DNA of 62,144 bases, filler included, from Porpidia crustulata (taxonomy: Eukaryota), in NCBI GenBank assembly GCA_964255105.1. It is 15 parts of 15 records of this genome, joined end to end, with 100 filler letters (N's around TTAATTAATTAA, not from the genome) between each part and the next. Parts side by side here need not be neighbours in the genome. Positions count along the whole stretch, not along the records: positions 12,526 to 16,591 come from CAXUWE010002159.1; positions 16,692 to 20,755 come from CAXUWE010002160.1; positions 20,856 to 24,913 come from CAXUWE010002161.1; 12 more parts are not named here. The stretch is one strand, 5' to 3'. The notes beneath the pieces were generated by a model. It made no database searches. It was not told where the DNA came from and saw only the letters and a program-made list of their open reading frames with translations. The translations under genes were made by a program, and so were the position numbers. Below are positions 12,526-24,650 of this stretch, in pieces. Every line of letters starts with the position of its first letter. The first letter of the stretch is position 1.

Positions 12526-13738
12526 GTGGAAGCCTGGGGTGTTTGGGGCGGATTGAGAGCGGAGTTGGGCGAGGTAGAGGTCCGAGCGGGCGCGGTCGCG
12601 GAGGTCCATTGACTTGTGGAGTTTGCGTTTGGAGTGAAAGCGGTAGAAGACGATGGCGTAGATGGTAATGGTGATGACTTCGACGACGATTTCGATGATG
12701 GCGCAGACCAGTGACCAGGACTAGTATATATTAGTTTAGGGTTTCTCAATGGATGTCAGCGGAGGATGATGTGCTTACCTGCAGTCTACATATCAGATTG
12801 TAGTCGATTTCGTCTTGAAAGAGTGTTTGACGTTTGCCGCCATGGCAAGCCCATCCCCACATATCCTTGCCCCCGCCGGCTGCTTTACTTTGGTGCAGAG
12901 CGACAGCGCCGATAATCCACATGATTGTACTGAAGACAAAGAATCCGACGGCAAAGATTGTGTAGTATGCTGCAGCTTTTTGAGCTCGCTTGTGGCCGCC
13001 CCTTCGATATGCCACGAGGATAGCGATGGTGAAGAGGAGTGAGACGCAGGCAATGCAAAGAAGAAGAATCTGCGGCCATGTCTTGGTATTTTGAGCCCAG
13101 GGCGGGAGATTGCTCCTTGGTGGTATCGCTTTTGAGGCGTTAAAGATTGTTAGGGATGTAGAAAGCATGGATAGAACAATAAGACTGCAGCTAAAGTTGA
13201 CGCCTCGGAGAGCAAACTTTGCGACCCGTACTCGGGTCTTGACTTTTAGATCTTTTGCATTCTGCTTGTCCGTGTGTTCTTCTTGCTTCTCCAATATCTG
13301 TTCTTCTTTGAAAGTAGGACTCAAAGGATTCATGAAGCGTCCTGGCGTTCCCGGAGGTTTCAAGGCGCTTTTCAGAGGTGACGCGGGGGTAAGAGGAACT
13401 TCGACACCGGCGTAGGAAGAATGTTTCGAGGCTTGGTTGTCCGCGACGTAGCCGAAGCCCACGTCTGAAGGTTGAGGTTGAGGCATGAGATATGTTGTTC
13501 GAGGACGGTCGGCAAAGGGAGATCGGCCGTTCGTGCTTGGGTCGATGGGCGAGTTGACAGACGTTGCTTCAGTGAAGCGGGCCGCTTTGATTGGTTTCAA
13601 TGAAAGCCCCGACGACGCACTCGATGATGTCCGTGACCGGACAATCACTTGTGGAATTTTGGTTTCCTTGTCCTCGGCGGGATGGTCGAGATCGACAGGT
13701 GATACTGGCTGGTAAGTATGAGGTTTTTCGTCCGACAT
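12526..13738 (-). CDS. Four-TM MARVEL-like membrane protein, hyphal anastomosis HAM-8-like (3' partial)
   Basis: KVKTRVRVAKFALRGVNFSCSLIVLSML...DMWGWAC...ICRLQ. After intron 12721-12778 it continues SWSLVCAIIEIVVEVITITIYAIVFYRFHSKRKLHKSMDLRDRARSDLYLAQLRSQSAPNTPGF. Confidence 0.75.
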
Positions 13739-15941
13739 AACTTAGTTTCCGTCTAACGTGAGATGACAACGGCTAGCTGTCAGATCTTGTAGCTTCGATC
13801 TTCTTGGTAGCTTGCAGTCTTCTTCTCGGTTACTTCTTTCCACGATCCTTAAAGAAAGAAACCAGCTTTCGAGAAGATCACAGGTAATGTCTGCTGCAGA
13901 GAAGTCGAGAAATCGAGTGTCAATGTGAAAGTCCGAAAAGGGTGGATAGGCTGGGGATTTTGTTCAAGCGCCGAGGTTCATCAGAGATGCAAGGTTAAGA
14001 ACGGAACCATTGTTGCAGAGTTTCGCATTAGAGTGCTATAACGGACAGCGTCAAAAGATGCTCGAATTGTTATGGAAAGGCGTACCTAATATCTAGATTT
14101 GGGCGCGAAGCACCTGGGAGGGTACCTGCGGGGCAAGACGATGATAGGTCAAAGGCTAGACTAGGCCAATCCCCAGAAATAGACGCTCGGGAAGAGGTCG
14201 ATAGCGTTGTACGAGTCAATCCTGGGAACTGCTTGCAGCCGTTCGTATTAACATCCAGTGGGAGAGATATGTTGTGCTCAGGCTTCCATCAGAAGAATCG
14301 TACACCGATCTACTGCTTCATCCTTCTGTCAATCCTTATCATCTTAACTTCTCTCGACTCTGAGAAAAATTGCTCTCGGGTAAAATAATGTATTGTACCT
14401 CCGGAGCCCCAAGCCCTTCCTATGATGGGGCACTTCGGAAGGTCCATTGAGATCAAGGCGGCAAAGGATTCCTTATGTAGCTGCAAGTGATTGGAGAGAA
14501 ACGACCTCACCCCTGCACCTTTATGCAGGTGGTGGAACGGGCGTGAGCAAACGAATGGCTGGGAGCCGCCCAAGCTAGCACACAAGTTTTTCCTCTGACG
14601 ATCACGAAACTTCTCAACTCGAGCAACGAAACACATTCGACGCACATGATGGCGAAGCGCTATGAAGAGGATCGCTGGGGAAGTGGTGATTGTATGTCGC
14701 GGTGTCACCTCGCTGCCGTACCACATTGGTGTTGTTTCCAAGTATCATGCTTCCTCTCTGTGCTCTTCGCTGCCTACCCAACTACCATAAACTTAGTGGA
14801 TCGGCTGTAGATGCTTGACAAGTGCTTACCTTAATTGCTAGACTTTGTTGTTAACTTTTGACGTGGCCGAGAAGCATAGGCGGTGTCTAGAATTAGCAGC
14901 AATTGATCCATAAAGAGTTTAATCAGTATTTCCGTATATGGGTATTAGCTACTTTTTACAACGATCCGTCAACCTCAACAGTTTCTTCCTACTCTTCATG
15001 CTCGCCCTCAAGTATAGTTGAATCGTCCGTCAATTTAGGAATCAAGTAAACTTTTTGTCCATGAATATACATTCTTGTGAGCTTCTCGGCCATTGTGTCA
15101 ATATGGCAGGACTACCGCTTACCATGCCTGGCAGATCCTCCATTGTTTGGCCCAAGCTCAACATGGCACCTTTCTTCTAATCAATATTCGAGATTTTCTA
15201 ATGTGTTGCACAGTAAATGCATGCTACTCTCGAATCAGCTTCACTACAACTCTATGCTTCCCATAGCCTCTAGCCTTAATGTCTCTCGTGCACCTGCGCT
15301 GGGAACAACCCAAAACTTGAGCCAGTATCTCAACTCATTGATGGTCTGTTGACACCTTCGCATTTATATGCATGAATCGGGCACATTAATTGTGTAACGA
15401 CTACTCGTTTCTCTCTTTGAGCCGATGCAGTGTCTCCGCTGCGTCCCAGTGTTCGGGTTGTGGCGGACTTTGATCCACAATCAGATACTGCAAAACCTGC
15501 ATCATGTACACTGCCTCCTTCAAAGACGGAGGGGGGGACGTAGATAGTGATGCAGTAAGACCCGTGCCTCGACTGAGGTACTACCTGCACAGCAGCGCAC
15601 ATGCGATTTGGGTGAAACAATACATCGATTGATCCGAATGGTTGGCTTTTGCGAAACTAATGTGAATATTCGACGCGATTCTGCAGATCTCGATGGTGGT
15701 ATTCTCGATTTAACACAAGAGCCTCAAGACCTCCTCGAATGATGGAACCCATTCTTTCCACATTCAATCCTTGGATTAACGTAACTCTCTACAGTAGGTG
15801 AAAGAAATGAGAAGACAATGAACAATGGACGCAAGGCGTAGGGCTGCCGGGATGGGCCGAGCGGGGCTCAGAGTCTCTTCCACATACACCTGTGACCTGA
15901 TCTGAACTTGAACATATCACTATCACCAGCAAATGATAAAG

Positions 15942-16591
15942 ATGCCGCCGGCGACATCACCAATTCCACGCTTCCTGCTACCCCAGCTGACATGGAAGGT
16001 CGCTTTCCCAAAATCTATGGCCCTCACGACCCAAAAAATCGCGCGTGCGCAACATCCTGCTATCCAACACCGAGAATTCCATCGAGCGGCATCCCACCGA
16101 GCAGAAATCTCGCATCATGACAATTACAAGCCGTATAGGCCCAACAGCTCGCGGTCCATATATCGATCTCCCCTTGGACCTTCCGCAACCTCAAGCTTGC
16201 TCCCCACCCTCTTCTGCAGACTCACCTTCCACAAACCTTTCTCCACCACGATCCCTCGCTCCCGGGACCACCACTTCGACACCCTGAAATTCGTGCAACG
16301 CCTCAAAGACGAAGGATTCTCCGAAGAGCAATCAAAAGCCATGATGCTCGTCCTCTCCGACGTCATCGAAGAGTCGATCCAAAACCTCACCCGCACCATG
16401 GTCTTGCGCGAAGGTCTCCTCCCCTCCCCACCTCCCCAAAGATTATCCACACACCCAGCTAACATCCCTCGCCCCTCCCCCTACAGACGCCGACCGCTCC
16501 ACCTACACCCAAAAAGTCGACTTCACCAAACTCCGCTCCGAGCTCCTCGCCCTTGACTCCTCCGACACCACCACCACCCTCGCCTCCCACC
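15942..16591 (+). CDS. FMP32: Mitochondrial DUF1640 / CCDC90-like protein (Fmp32-like), 3' partial
   Basis: Basic presequence-like N-terminus, then HHFDTLKFVQRLKDEGFSEEQSKAMM. Intron 16414-16486, then TYTQKVDFTKLRSELL. Confidence 0.82.
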
Positions 16592-18332
16592 NNNNNNNNN
16601 NNNNNNNNNNNNNNNNNNNNNNNNNNNNNNNNNNNTTAATTAATTAANNNNNNNNNNNNNNNNNNNNNNNNNNNNNNNNNNNNNNNNNNNNGGGGGATAG
16701 GTAGGCGGGTGTGATTTAGATACCGCGTTGAGATCGATCGTATGGCTTTTTCCTTTGGCGATGATATCCCGATGAAGAGCATAGGGTACGAAATAGATCT
16801 AGGTGATTTTTATTTTCCAGATCTTGCATTTCATTTCTACATACATCCTCCTACGTCTGGGCTATCTACCATACCCGAACCGAAACGCGCTCCCTGGCTC
16901 CCAACTTCCTAATGGCTATGGCTACATGTCAGATTGCAGCAACTTCGCCACCTAGCATCTAAAATACCAGTCTCACCTGCGGAAGGAATCGTTGCAAGTC
17001 GACGTCCACTCCACCATTTCTCCCCCCTCACGCACGACGCCCGCATCACTGAAGTCGGTGTAGACAGTACGATTTGGTTTTTGAACTTGCTCTGCGAAAT
17101 GTCGTCGGCTAGGCTAGGGGGTCTAAATATCGGCATCGTATAAGCCTCACCGGTGTAGTGGTTCTTGGGAAACGTGCTCTCGGGGAATGTGACGCTAAGG
17201 TCCTGGGATGTCTTGGATAATGTGCCCCGACGAAATTCTGGGGAGGTGCGATCTGTTTCGCGTGCGGATGGTTGGTCTTGCCGTAGAGGAAAAGTGACTC
17301 TCTGTTCACACTTCGACATCTCATGCACGTGCTCGGGTCTGTAGGCTTCCTACAGCAAGATAGGTTGGACTTTGCCATCGCTGATGTCAAAATCATTGGA
17401 GGCACGCTGCAGTCTTCAGCATTGGAGGAAACCTGAAGACCATTAGTCTCAAAGGCAGATAGGAATTGGACGCGGAGATATCGAGTGACAGAGATTTACA
17501 AGGTGCTAGAGCTATCACTTCGGGGATATAGTAGAGCTAGCAAGGGCGAATAGTGATCAGTGTTTGCTTGTCACGAAAGAGTAGTTCGCATCACAGTGGA
17601 TGAAGATAGAATCGAAGGGAGAAATCTGGAAGCTCTATCAAATCACTCAAGACGCGAATCGAGAACCTTTAAGAGGAGCGGCCTTCGTGCGGCACGAAGA
17701 GCAGTCTGAGTTGGCGGCATGAGCCCACCATTCATCGCATTATCGAGGCCAATGCCATTGGTCTGCTATACTTTGAAAGAAAGATAAGGACTAAATTGAA
17801 TAGATGCCGATGGAGTTTAGAGATGATCGGGACTACCAAGCACTCCTCCCTTACAGTCGAGCGAGACAGTTATCCTCTTTTGAAGAAAACCACTCACCGC
17901 CCTTGAGTATCAGCATAAGATAGACGCAGGGAAGGCGCGTGGATGCGCATCGAAGCCCTAGACCGAGTGTGACTTGCCATCAAGTAAGATTTCTCACGCT
18001 GGTGTTATGTCTTGTACATTCTAATATAATCAAGATGGGATCAGCTGATGAAGAAATAGTTCATCATTTGGGCGATCAGCAAACTTATGGACCCGGATTT
18101 GTGTTAGGCGCTCCAAGCGCTGCTCTGCGGCTCTAACATGTACGGGCAATTCAATGAAACAAGCCCATCGAAATGCTCATTAAAGCCATCGCAAATGCGC
18201 AAGCCACAAGTTTCGGATAGGATGCGGGATGGTTGCAGACAATCTCGGATGGAGGCCTTGGGCTTGTTCAAGCCAGGCTATATAAGTTACAAGTTCCTAT
18301 GAGTTCTTTCGGCTTGGGAACGAAATTTGAGC

Positions 18333-19417
18333 ATGATATATACCAGGCAGTTGCCAGCATTCATTCTGGTGTGTTTCTGTCTCCGCGTTTTCATTGGTGT
18401 GACGGGCCTGTCGGTGTCTCAAGCAATCAGGCCTTTCGATTCAAAACCGTCAGCATCACACATAAACTCATCTACTTCCATCATCAATTTACCAGCGTCG
18501 ATCAAATCCAATCTAGGAATTGTATGTGATTCGAGGCTAGGAAATCCAATCAACAAGAATAGTTGTATGAATGCTCTCCAAGAGATCGGGGCAGACCCAA
18601 GACAACGTAGCTACGGATGGCGTGATGAGGGACAATTCGATATCACTCTTCCTTATAGGTTCCAAAGCAGTGAGTTTCCCCTCCGTTTCTGATGTCAATA
18701 CGATCATATCAATATTGCTAGCTCACAACTGATCTTTCGTGGTAGCTGATGGGCTTTGTTTTTTCGAGCCAATCCTGGAGATGGGCGCCACCGAAGCAGA
18801 TGCATCGGGTTTAGATCTCGCGGAAGCAAGCTTGGCATTAATCACGCAATGTGCCAATAGGAATCCAGCAGAAGCTGGCGTTGCTGACAGCATAGGTGTG
18901 TACATGTAGAGAAATGCTGGTACATTCCGAGAGAGGATGGATTGGAGTTTTGTCATAACATACTAAACTTTACCAGGCGACGGTAGAAATCTTGCCCTAA
19001 CGATGGAACCATACCAGCCAACGGTGCATTGTATGGAGGCCACCGGGCCCCCCTATGATTCTTGTTTTGACACCTTCATGAGAATGCCTGTCTCAGACGG
19101 GGACACCCAATTTGGTGGTAATACCCCTCGACTCAGCAAAGTAGCGCTTCCTAAGAGAATGACGGACAGTAAGATTGATCAAAAATTCGACAATATTCTT
19201 GCACTAATAAAGGCATACAGGCTCTCACAGATGTCTCATCACCATTAGCAGCAGTAATGTTCAGGGTGACACTGAGTCATGGTATAAAATATGGGCGGCG
19301 GCACGGGCTGTACATGCTATGTGCGTCAGGCAGGGAAAGGCGGGTGTCCATCTAGCTGTTGGCCAGCGTCGAAACCTCTTTGTTGAGATTTCCGTAGAGA
19401 ATCCAATGGCCGCATAA
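18333..19417 (+). CDS. Secreted Cys-rich protein with two tandem related domains (4 exons), candidate effector
   Basis: Hydrophobic signal-like N-terminus MIYTRQLPAFILVCFCLRVFIGVTG. Three GT-AG introns (~18670-18745, ~18896-18976, ~19169-19220) join in frame to TAA at 19415-19417. Confidence 0.75.
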
Positions 19418-19728
19418 TGGAGCCACGTCAGATCACAAGACACTTCTGACACAGTTGATAAAATTCTTCAATGGTCAGTCCAACCATTGTTGTCATTGTC
19501 CTACGGATGGGATAGGTGAAAAGCCAGGTCAGTGACTCAGTGGAACTAGATATGATGATTGTGTCTTTTGGAACTCTCTTTCTGGGACAATATCAGAATC
19601 CGGTCACATGCGTAAGCGAGTATATGACGTAGAGTAATTGCACCCTCCTCGTACCCTTCGCGTCAGACCGTGACCGGCTTAATCACATTCTTAGGTATCC
19701 TCCAACATTCGGCGTTTTCATCAGCAAA

Positions 19729-20755
19729 ATGGCCAAGGACGGCATTACCAAACTCCCGAGCCGTGCAGCCAAAGAGATCGGGCTCGCGGCCCTCTACGAC
19801 GCTCCCAAAGATGCCAAACTCCTGATTCTTCAGCGTTTCGTCCGCCTATTCGCCTATGGCTTATCCACTCTCATACTCGCCCTCTACTTGTCCGCACTCG
19901 GCATATCTGATACCAAGATTGGACTCTTTATGACCTTGACGCTGGTCGGAGACATCCTTATAAGCTTCGTCTTGACGCTCACTTCTGACTGGCTAGGGAG
20001 AAGAAGAGTGCTTGCACTGGGTGCGCTGATGGTAATCTTTAGCGGGGTGGTATTCGGGACCGTTGGGAACTTTTGGGCATTGCTTGCTGGAGCAATCATC
20101 GGAGTTATCAGTCCAGCGTGAGCACAGATCACTTGTATTGTCATGAAAATCACCTGAACTTAATCTAATCAATCCTTCCTCAAGTAAAAATGAGATAGGC
20201 CCATTCCATGCTATTAAAGAATCCACGCTAGCACAGCTTATCCCTTTTGCATCTCGAAGCGATGTCTTTGCGTGATACAACCTCATCAAAACTACTAGAG
20301 GAGCGCTCGGTATGATAACATGCGGTTTTGTTACACAACATCTCAAGTCAAGAGAAGGATGGGATGAAGTCCGGTCCTACCGTGTTGTCTTCTTCGCCTA
20401 CGCGGTGCTTGGACTGGTCAAACTCTGCCTGACCTTCTTCATGAGCGTCAAATGTGAGGTGGTAAAGGAAGACAAGCAGGCAACGGATCAAGATGCATCT
20501 CACTCGGCCAACCCGTCAGAAACGTCTCCTTTGCTTGGGAGCGGGAGCGACGTCAAGAAGCCCGAAGCAGTGAGAAAGTCATGGATGCCGTCAATAAGCA
20601 AGGAATCGAGGGTCATTGTGACAAATCTGTGTTTGCTTTTTGCCATTGACTCATTGGCATCGGGCCTAGTCCCCTCGTAAGCTCTCCTTCAGAAAATCGC
20701 AAGCAGAACGGAGCTGACATCTTCGTGCAACAAGATCATGGGTGACCTATTTCTT
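19729..20755 (+). pseudogene. MFS transporter with an in-frame TGA at 20273-20275 (3' partial)
   Basis: QRFVRLFAYG, GLFMTLTLVGD, DWLGRRRVL (MFS motif A). Exon 2 reads KNEIGPFHAIKESTLAQLIPFASRSDVFA*YNLIKTTRGALGMITCG. Confidence 0.8.
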
Positions 20756-20855
20756 NNNNNNNNNNNNNNNNNNNNNNNNNNNNNNNNNNNNNNNNNNNNT
20801 TAATTAATTAANNNNNNNNNNNNNNNNNNNNNNNNNNNNNNNNNNNNNNNNNNNN

Positions 20856-21086
20856 GGGTAGGAGGGCTTTGTGGTCGAGGTGGTGGCGGACGAGGTGGGA
20901 TTGGAGGGTGGAGGCGTGGAGGTAGGGGGTTAGGCCTGGGAGATGGAGGTGGCGGAGGTGGTGGCGAGAGGAGTTTTGAAGAGGTCCCATGAAGGGGGCG
21001 CTGGAGCTTTGGAGTTGACGATTCTGATAGGGTGGCCCATCAAGACGTTGTCCCTCGTGGAGGGAACCGACATACGGCCTAAACAT
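20856..21086 (-). CDS. LIP2: Lipoyl(octanoyl)transferase LipB/Lip2, N-terminal fragment
   Basis: LRHLHLPGLTPYLHASTLQSHLVRHHLDHKA resembles the N-terminus of Pezizomycotina Lip2. Start at 21086 or 20990. Cut by the contig start. Confidence 0.6.
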
Positions 21087-21455
21087 AAGCCCGACGCGAC
21101 GAAGAACAGTGGACAACCGTGACAACCTAAGATCCCAGAAACACCGGGAAGCTTAGTGACGCTTTAGCTCCACGCTATCCTTACTCGTTACCACCCCTCA
21201 TCGGACCATTACACTTAGGGTTAGGGCTCAAAGCTAGTACAGCCCTAAACCTGCTACGTAGAGGTAGTGATCCGATGAGGGGTGGGAACGAGTAGCTATA
21301 AACAGTCGCTGCGTAAATAATTTCTCGGGCGCGGTATGAACCGAAGCTGCTCTCCGGACTCCATAGATACACTGGGTCAACGATTTTGCTCTTTCTTTCG
21401 TGAAACATGGTCTCCTATCTCAACAATTGGTTGACGGGCACCTAACTGCTATGTG

Positions 21456-22996
21456 ATGGCAGAAAATCTTCCTGTTGCCGACGTAGTCTCATGGGATGCA
21501 CAAAATGTTTTCGCTCGTTGTCCAATATGCGGCGGCCTTCACCGGCATGGAACAAGTGGCAGTTATTCCTCCACAAACACCAGGGCGGCACACTGCCCTC
21601 CAACCTTTGGCCTACCTCACCGGTACCAAATACGCTTCCCATTTGATACGACCACTCGAAGGGTGGCGTATTGGATCCATAAGGAAAGGAAGCGGTTCTT
21701 TACCGTTGGCGCAGAACCAGACCCGGAAGAAGTCTCTGAGCTGGCAGAACCACTAGAATCGCAACTTGATATCGGCAGTGGTGACGAATCCTTAATACTG
21801 CTGGAAAGTGGGATAGAAGAGAGGACGGTTTCGATCCAGATTGAGGGGAATGACCATATCTCTTGGACGGAAAAGACCATCGTTACAGCAGTAAGCAATA
21901 GTGTTCTTGGTGAAGAAAGAGAAATCAGAAGATTTCTTGCCACATCTGCCGACGCTGAAGTTCTGGTCATGGGAACACACTCCTGTCCATGGTGGCAGTG
22001 GAAAGGCATCCCTATATGGTAACCCTGTTTTTGGACCGCGGAGCCCGGATCAACAACCGAAACAACAAAGGGAGAACACCACTCATGGAGGCCGCCCTTT
22101 GGGGTAGGTTCGAAAACACTCAGATTCTCCTGGCGAGAGGGGCAGACAAGGAGGCCAAGGACAGAGAAGGCCGCAAGGCCATCGATTTTACATCGCAGAG
22201 CGATGTAAATGCCGAAGAGCGACATATACGCGCCGGTGGAGTTTACAAGGAAGATACATTTGTCGCGGACAAAGAACGAAAAACTATCGCTAGAGTGCTC
22301 CGCGGCACCGTGATATCCGCTCTTACGCTTGACCTCTCGACTCCGAAGAATTCGAGCTGCGAACATCATTCTTTCCACAACTCAAGTAGGACATCGGAGA
22401 TAGTTCTCTCTGCGCCTGTTGCCACTTTTCCTGTTCGAAGCCTGGCAAAAACGATTGCTCAACTTGTTCGTGGGAGTCCTTTCCCTCCAGTGGACGCGAT
22501 GAGTGGATGGGCCCATTATGACGAGCAGAACACCACTATCAGTGGCAAAAACTGGACGAATGAAGTCTTCGTCATATGCGAATCAATTGGGCACATCCTG
22601 GCGCCGGTTCCTGAGATCGATCAAGGGAGGCCGGGGAGGTGGCACGCATGTCATGCTGAGAAACAGTTGGTGGCGTTCTTCGTCGCTTACCATGTTTTTC
22701 TTAAGGATGAATTGCTGAATGAAGATGAGATCGAAGAAGAGAAAAGCAAGTACGAAGACGAGAATATCCTTCGTCCACTGAGAGGAGACATCACACAAGA
22801 ACAACACAATAGATGGCGGGAGCAAATGGAACGTAAAGAGGAGAGAAACTTGAAGGAACTCTACCTTGTCCGCCCACCAGTCACTCTACAGGAAGCAACA
22901 ATCCTAGTCAGTAGGGTGGTATGTGCTGACTGTGAGACTTTTGTCCGACAAGTAGAGTTAGTGCTTGGACTTTCATTTCGACTCCAGAGATGTTGA
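21456..22996 (+). pseudogene. Zn-finger + ankyrin repeat + DYW/SsdA-like deaminase, frameshifted at ~21966
   Basis: N-terminal CPICGGLHRHG...AAHC; ankyrin repeats GNTLLSMVAV and GRTPLMEAALWGRFENTQILLARGAD; deaminase motifs HACHAEKQL and SRVVCADC. Two overlapping ORFs (21453-22022, 21989-22996) in different frames. Confidence 0.8.
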
Positions 22997-23047
22997 ACTA
23001 AGCATTATTTAAAGGCATGAATTAATTTATCAAGTTCGCTTGATGCG

Positions 23048-23242
23048 ATGGACGGTGGAACAACCGGACTGCGGGAGCTGGCCATGGAGAGGAATCGATT
23101 GAGCGCAATGACGCCGATGCTGTATGAGGCCAATATCTTCCAATTCTCGTACACTGCAGCCGCGCTCGACTGGATGAGCGTTATTGGTGCAACTAACGCC
23201 GGATTCTTATGGAGTTTGAATATATGTGGAAGGAACGGATGA
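23048..23242 (+). pseudogene. Degenerate fragment of a fungal lineage-specific domain (LYxxNxFxF...IGxxN motif)
   Basis: TPMLYEANIFQFSYTAAALDWMSVIGATNAGFLWSLNI resembles a motif common in F-box-associated fungal hypothetical proteins. No intact gene model. Confidence 0.3.
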
Positions 23243-24339
23243 ACAGTCGTTACGAGATGCTGCGAACTGCCCAGGAAGCCGAAGCATGAGGCAAAAGGGC
23301 TACGGTGGACGGAACCGGTTGCTCTGGAATCCGAAACATCGGCCGACGAACTTGCCCAGGATATGAGCGAATGTCCCAGCCTTTCGCACGGGCATCTATA
23401 GAGACGACGAGACAAGCACCATTCCAGAACTAATTCGAAGAAACGCAAGAAGGGTTATTCAGGAGCTGATGGAAGGGTCTAACAGCAGCGCTCATTGCTC
23501 GCGGAACAAATAACACTGGTGATATAGGGCCGACCTGTGGGTCATTCTGGTCCATTGTGGCGATGAAGCACTCAACGTTGAGCAAAGTTCTACGGCCATT
23601 ACGCTATTGCCAATGAAAACGGTACATCGTTCGACCGCCATCTTAATCGATATTTGAACATGACTGATCAAGATGGCAGAGGTAGACAGACAGCGTACAA
23701 GTTCACAAGGCGACGTCTACGACATATTCGTTCCAACACGCCTCGGAGTATCTATACTGCAGTCTCCTATGAGTGAGCTGGTGTTCAAGAAGTCGAAGAG
23801 CAAGGAGACTGGTCTCGTTGGAAAGATGCAGGAAATGTACCTGACCTGCCTTATCTCTATTATTTGGGATTCGAAATCCGGCGACTATCGTTTCAGCCAA
23901 AGCAAGGCAGGAGATGATCGCGCCAATACGAAGATTTATTTCACAATGGCAGCAAGCTTGGTTGATGATAGTAAAATCTCTGACCATATGGTAGACATCC
24001 TTCTGAAATCGAAGCGTCTTTTGGGGTTCAGGCTTACATGAACGCAGAAAATTTAGAGGCAATCCACAGACTTACGACGCCACCTGCAAATTCGCGCATG
24101 TGACATTCTTCCCACAGATAGAGCCCTTGTAACGACTCTCCGGTCCTCAAAGCGCAAAGTATTCTGTATGTCTCGGGCGGCTAACTGTCAGAACCCACAG
24201 GCTTCATATGCTCAACGACATGATCGGAAGTGTTCTCTGACATTAGATTTGCCGTCCACAGACTGAGTGCAAAAGCTACAGCCCATAAAATCATTAGATT
24301 TGGGCACAAATCCGAGATTCGCTCGCATCTCTCACGTGT

Positions 24340-24650
24340 CACGTTCTTTCGTAAATCATTAAAATCGAATCTTAATTAATATAGAGAATATTCATGAACT
24401 TTTTTAAATTGTTATGAGTTTTTCTTTTGTTAACGAACGTAGTCATTAATAACTGACCTATTCTTAAAGTTCAATAAAAGATTATCGAATTTAAGGTCTT
24501 GTGTTTTACTGTTAGTCGATCTATCATTCAAGCATGTTTAAAAGTGCACTTATCAGTCAATATATATGACGTGACTTTCCGAGTAAAGAAAATTAAGATC
24601 ATTTAAAACAAGCTTTAAGAAAGCTTTAAGGATAGTCGATGACAGTATCT
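24340..24650. repeat. AT-rich, TpA-rich tract, probable RIP-degraded repeat remnant
   Basis: Abrupt AT enrichment with many TAA/TTA triplets relative to the flanks. No ORF. Confidence 0.4.

Noticed and set aside
16909..17405. Minus-strand ORFs of 139 aa and 98 aa
   Set aside because: No recognisable motif, non-ATG starts and an upstream in-frame stop. At best a decayed remnant.
20273..20275. Premature stop restored by sexual-stage A-to-I editing
   Set aside because: Described fungal restorative editing mainly converts UAG to UGG, and several additional missense sites would also need repair. DNA-level mutation is simpler. Not fully excluded without cDNA.
21213..21250. Telomere (TTAGGG repeats)
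   Set aside because: Only about two units and internal to the contig. Same for the motif at ~59360.
21960..21995. Programmed -1 ribosomal frameshift in the deaminase gene
   Set aside because: GGGAACA is not a canonical X XXY YYZ slippery heptamer, and several residues appear to be missing, which favours a deletion.
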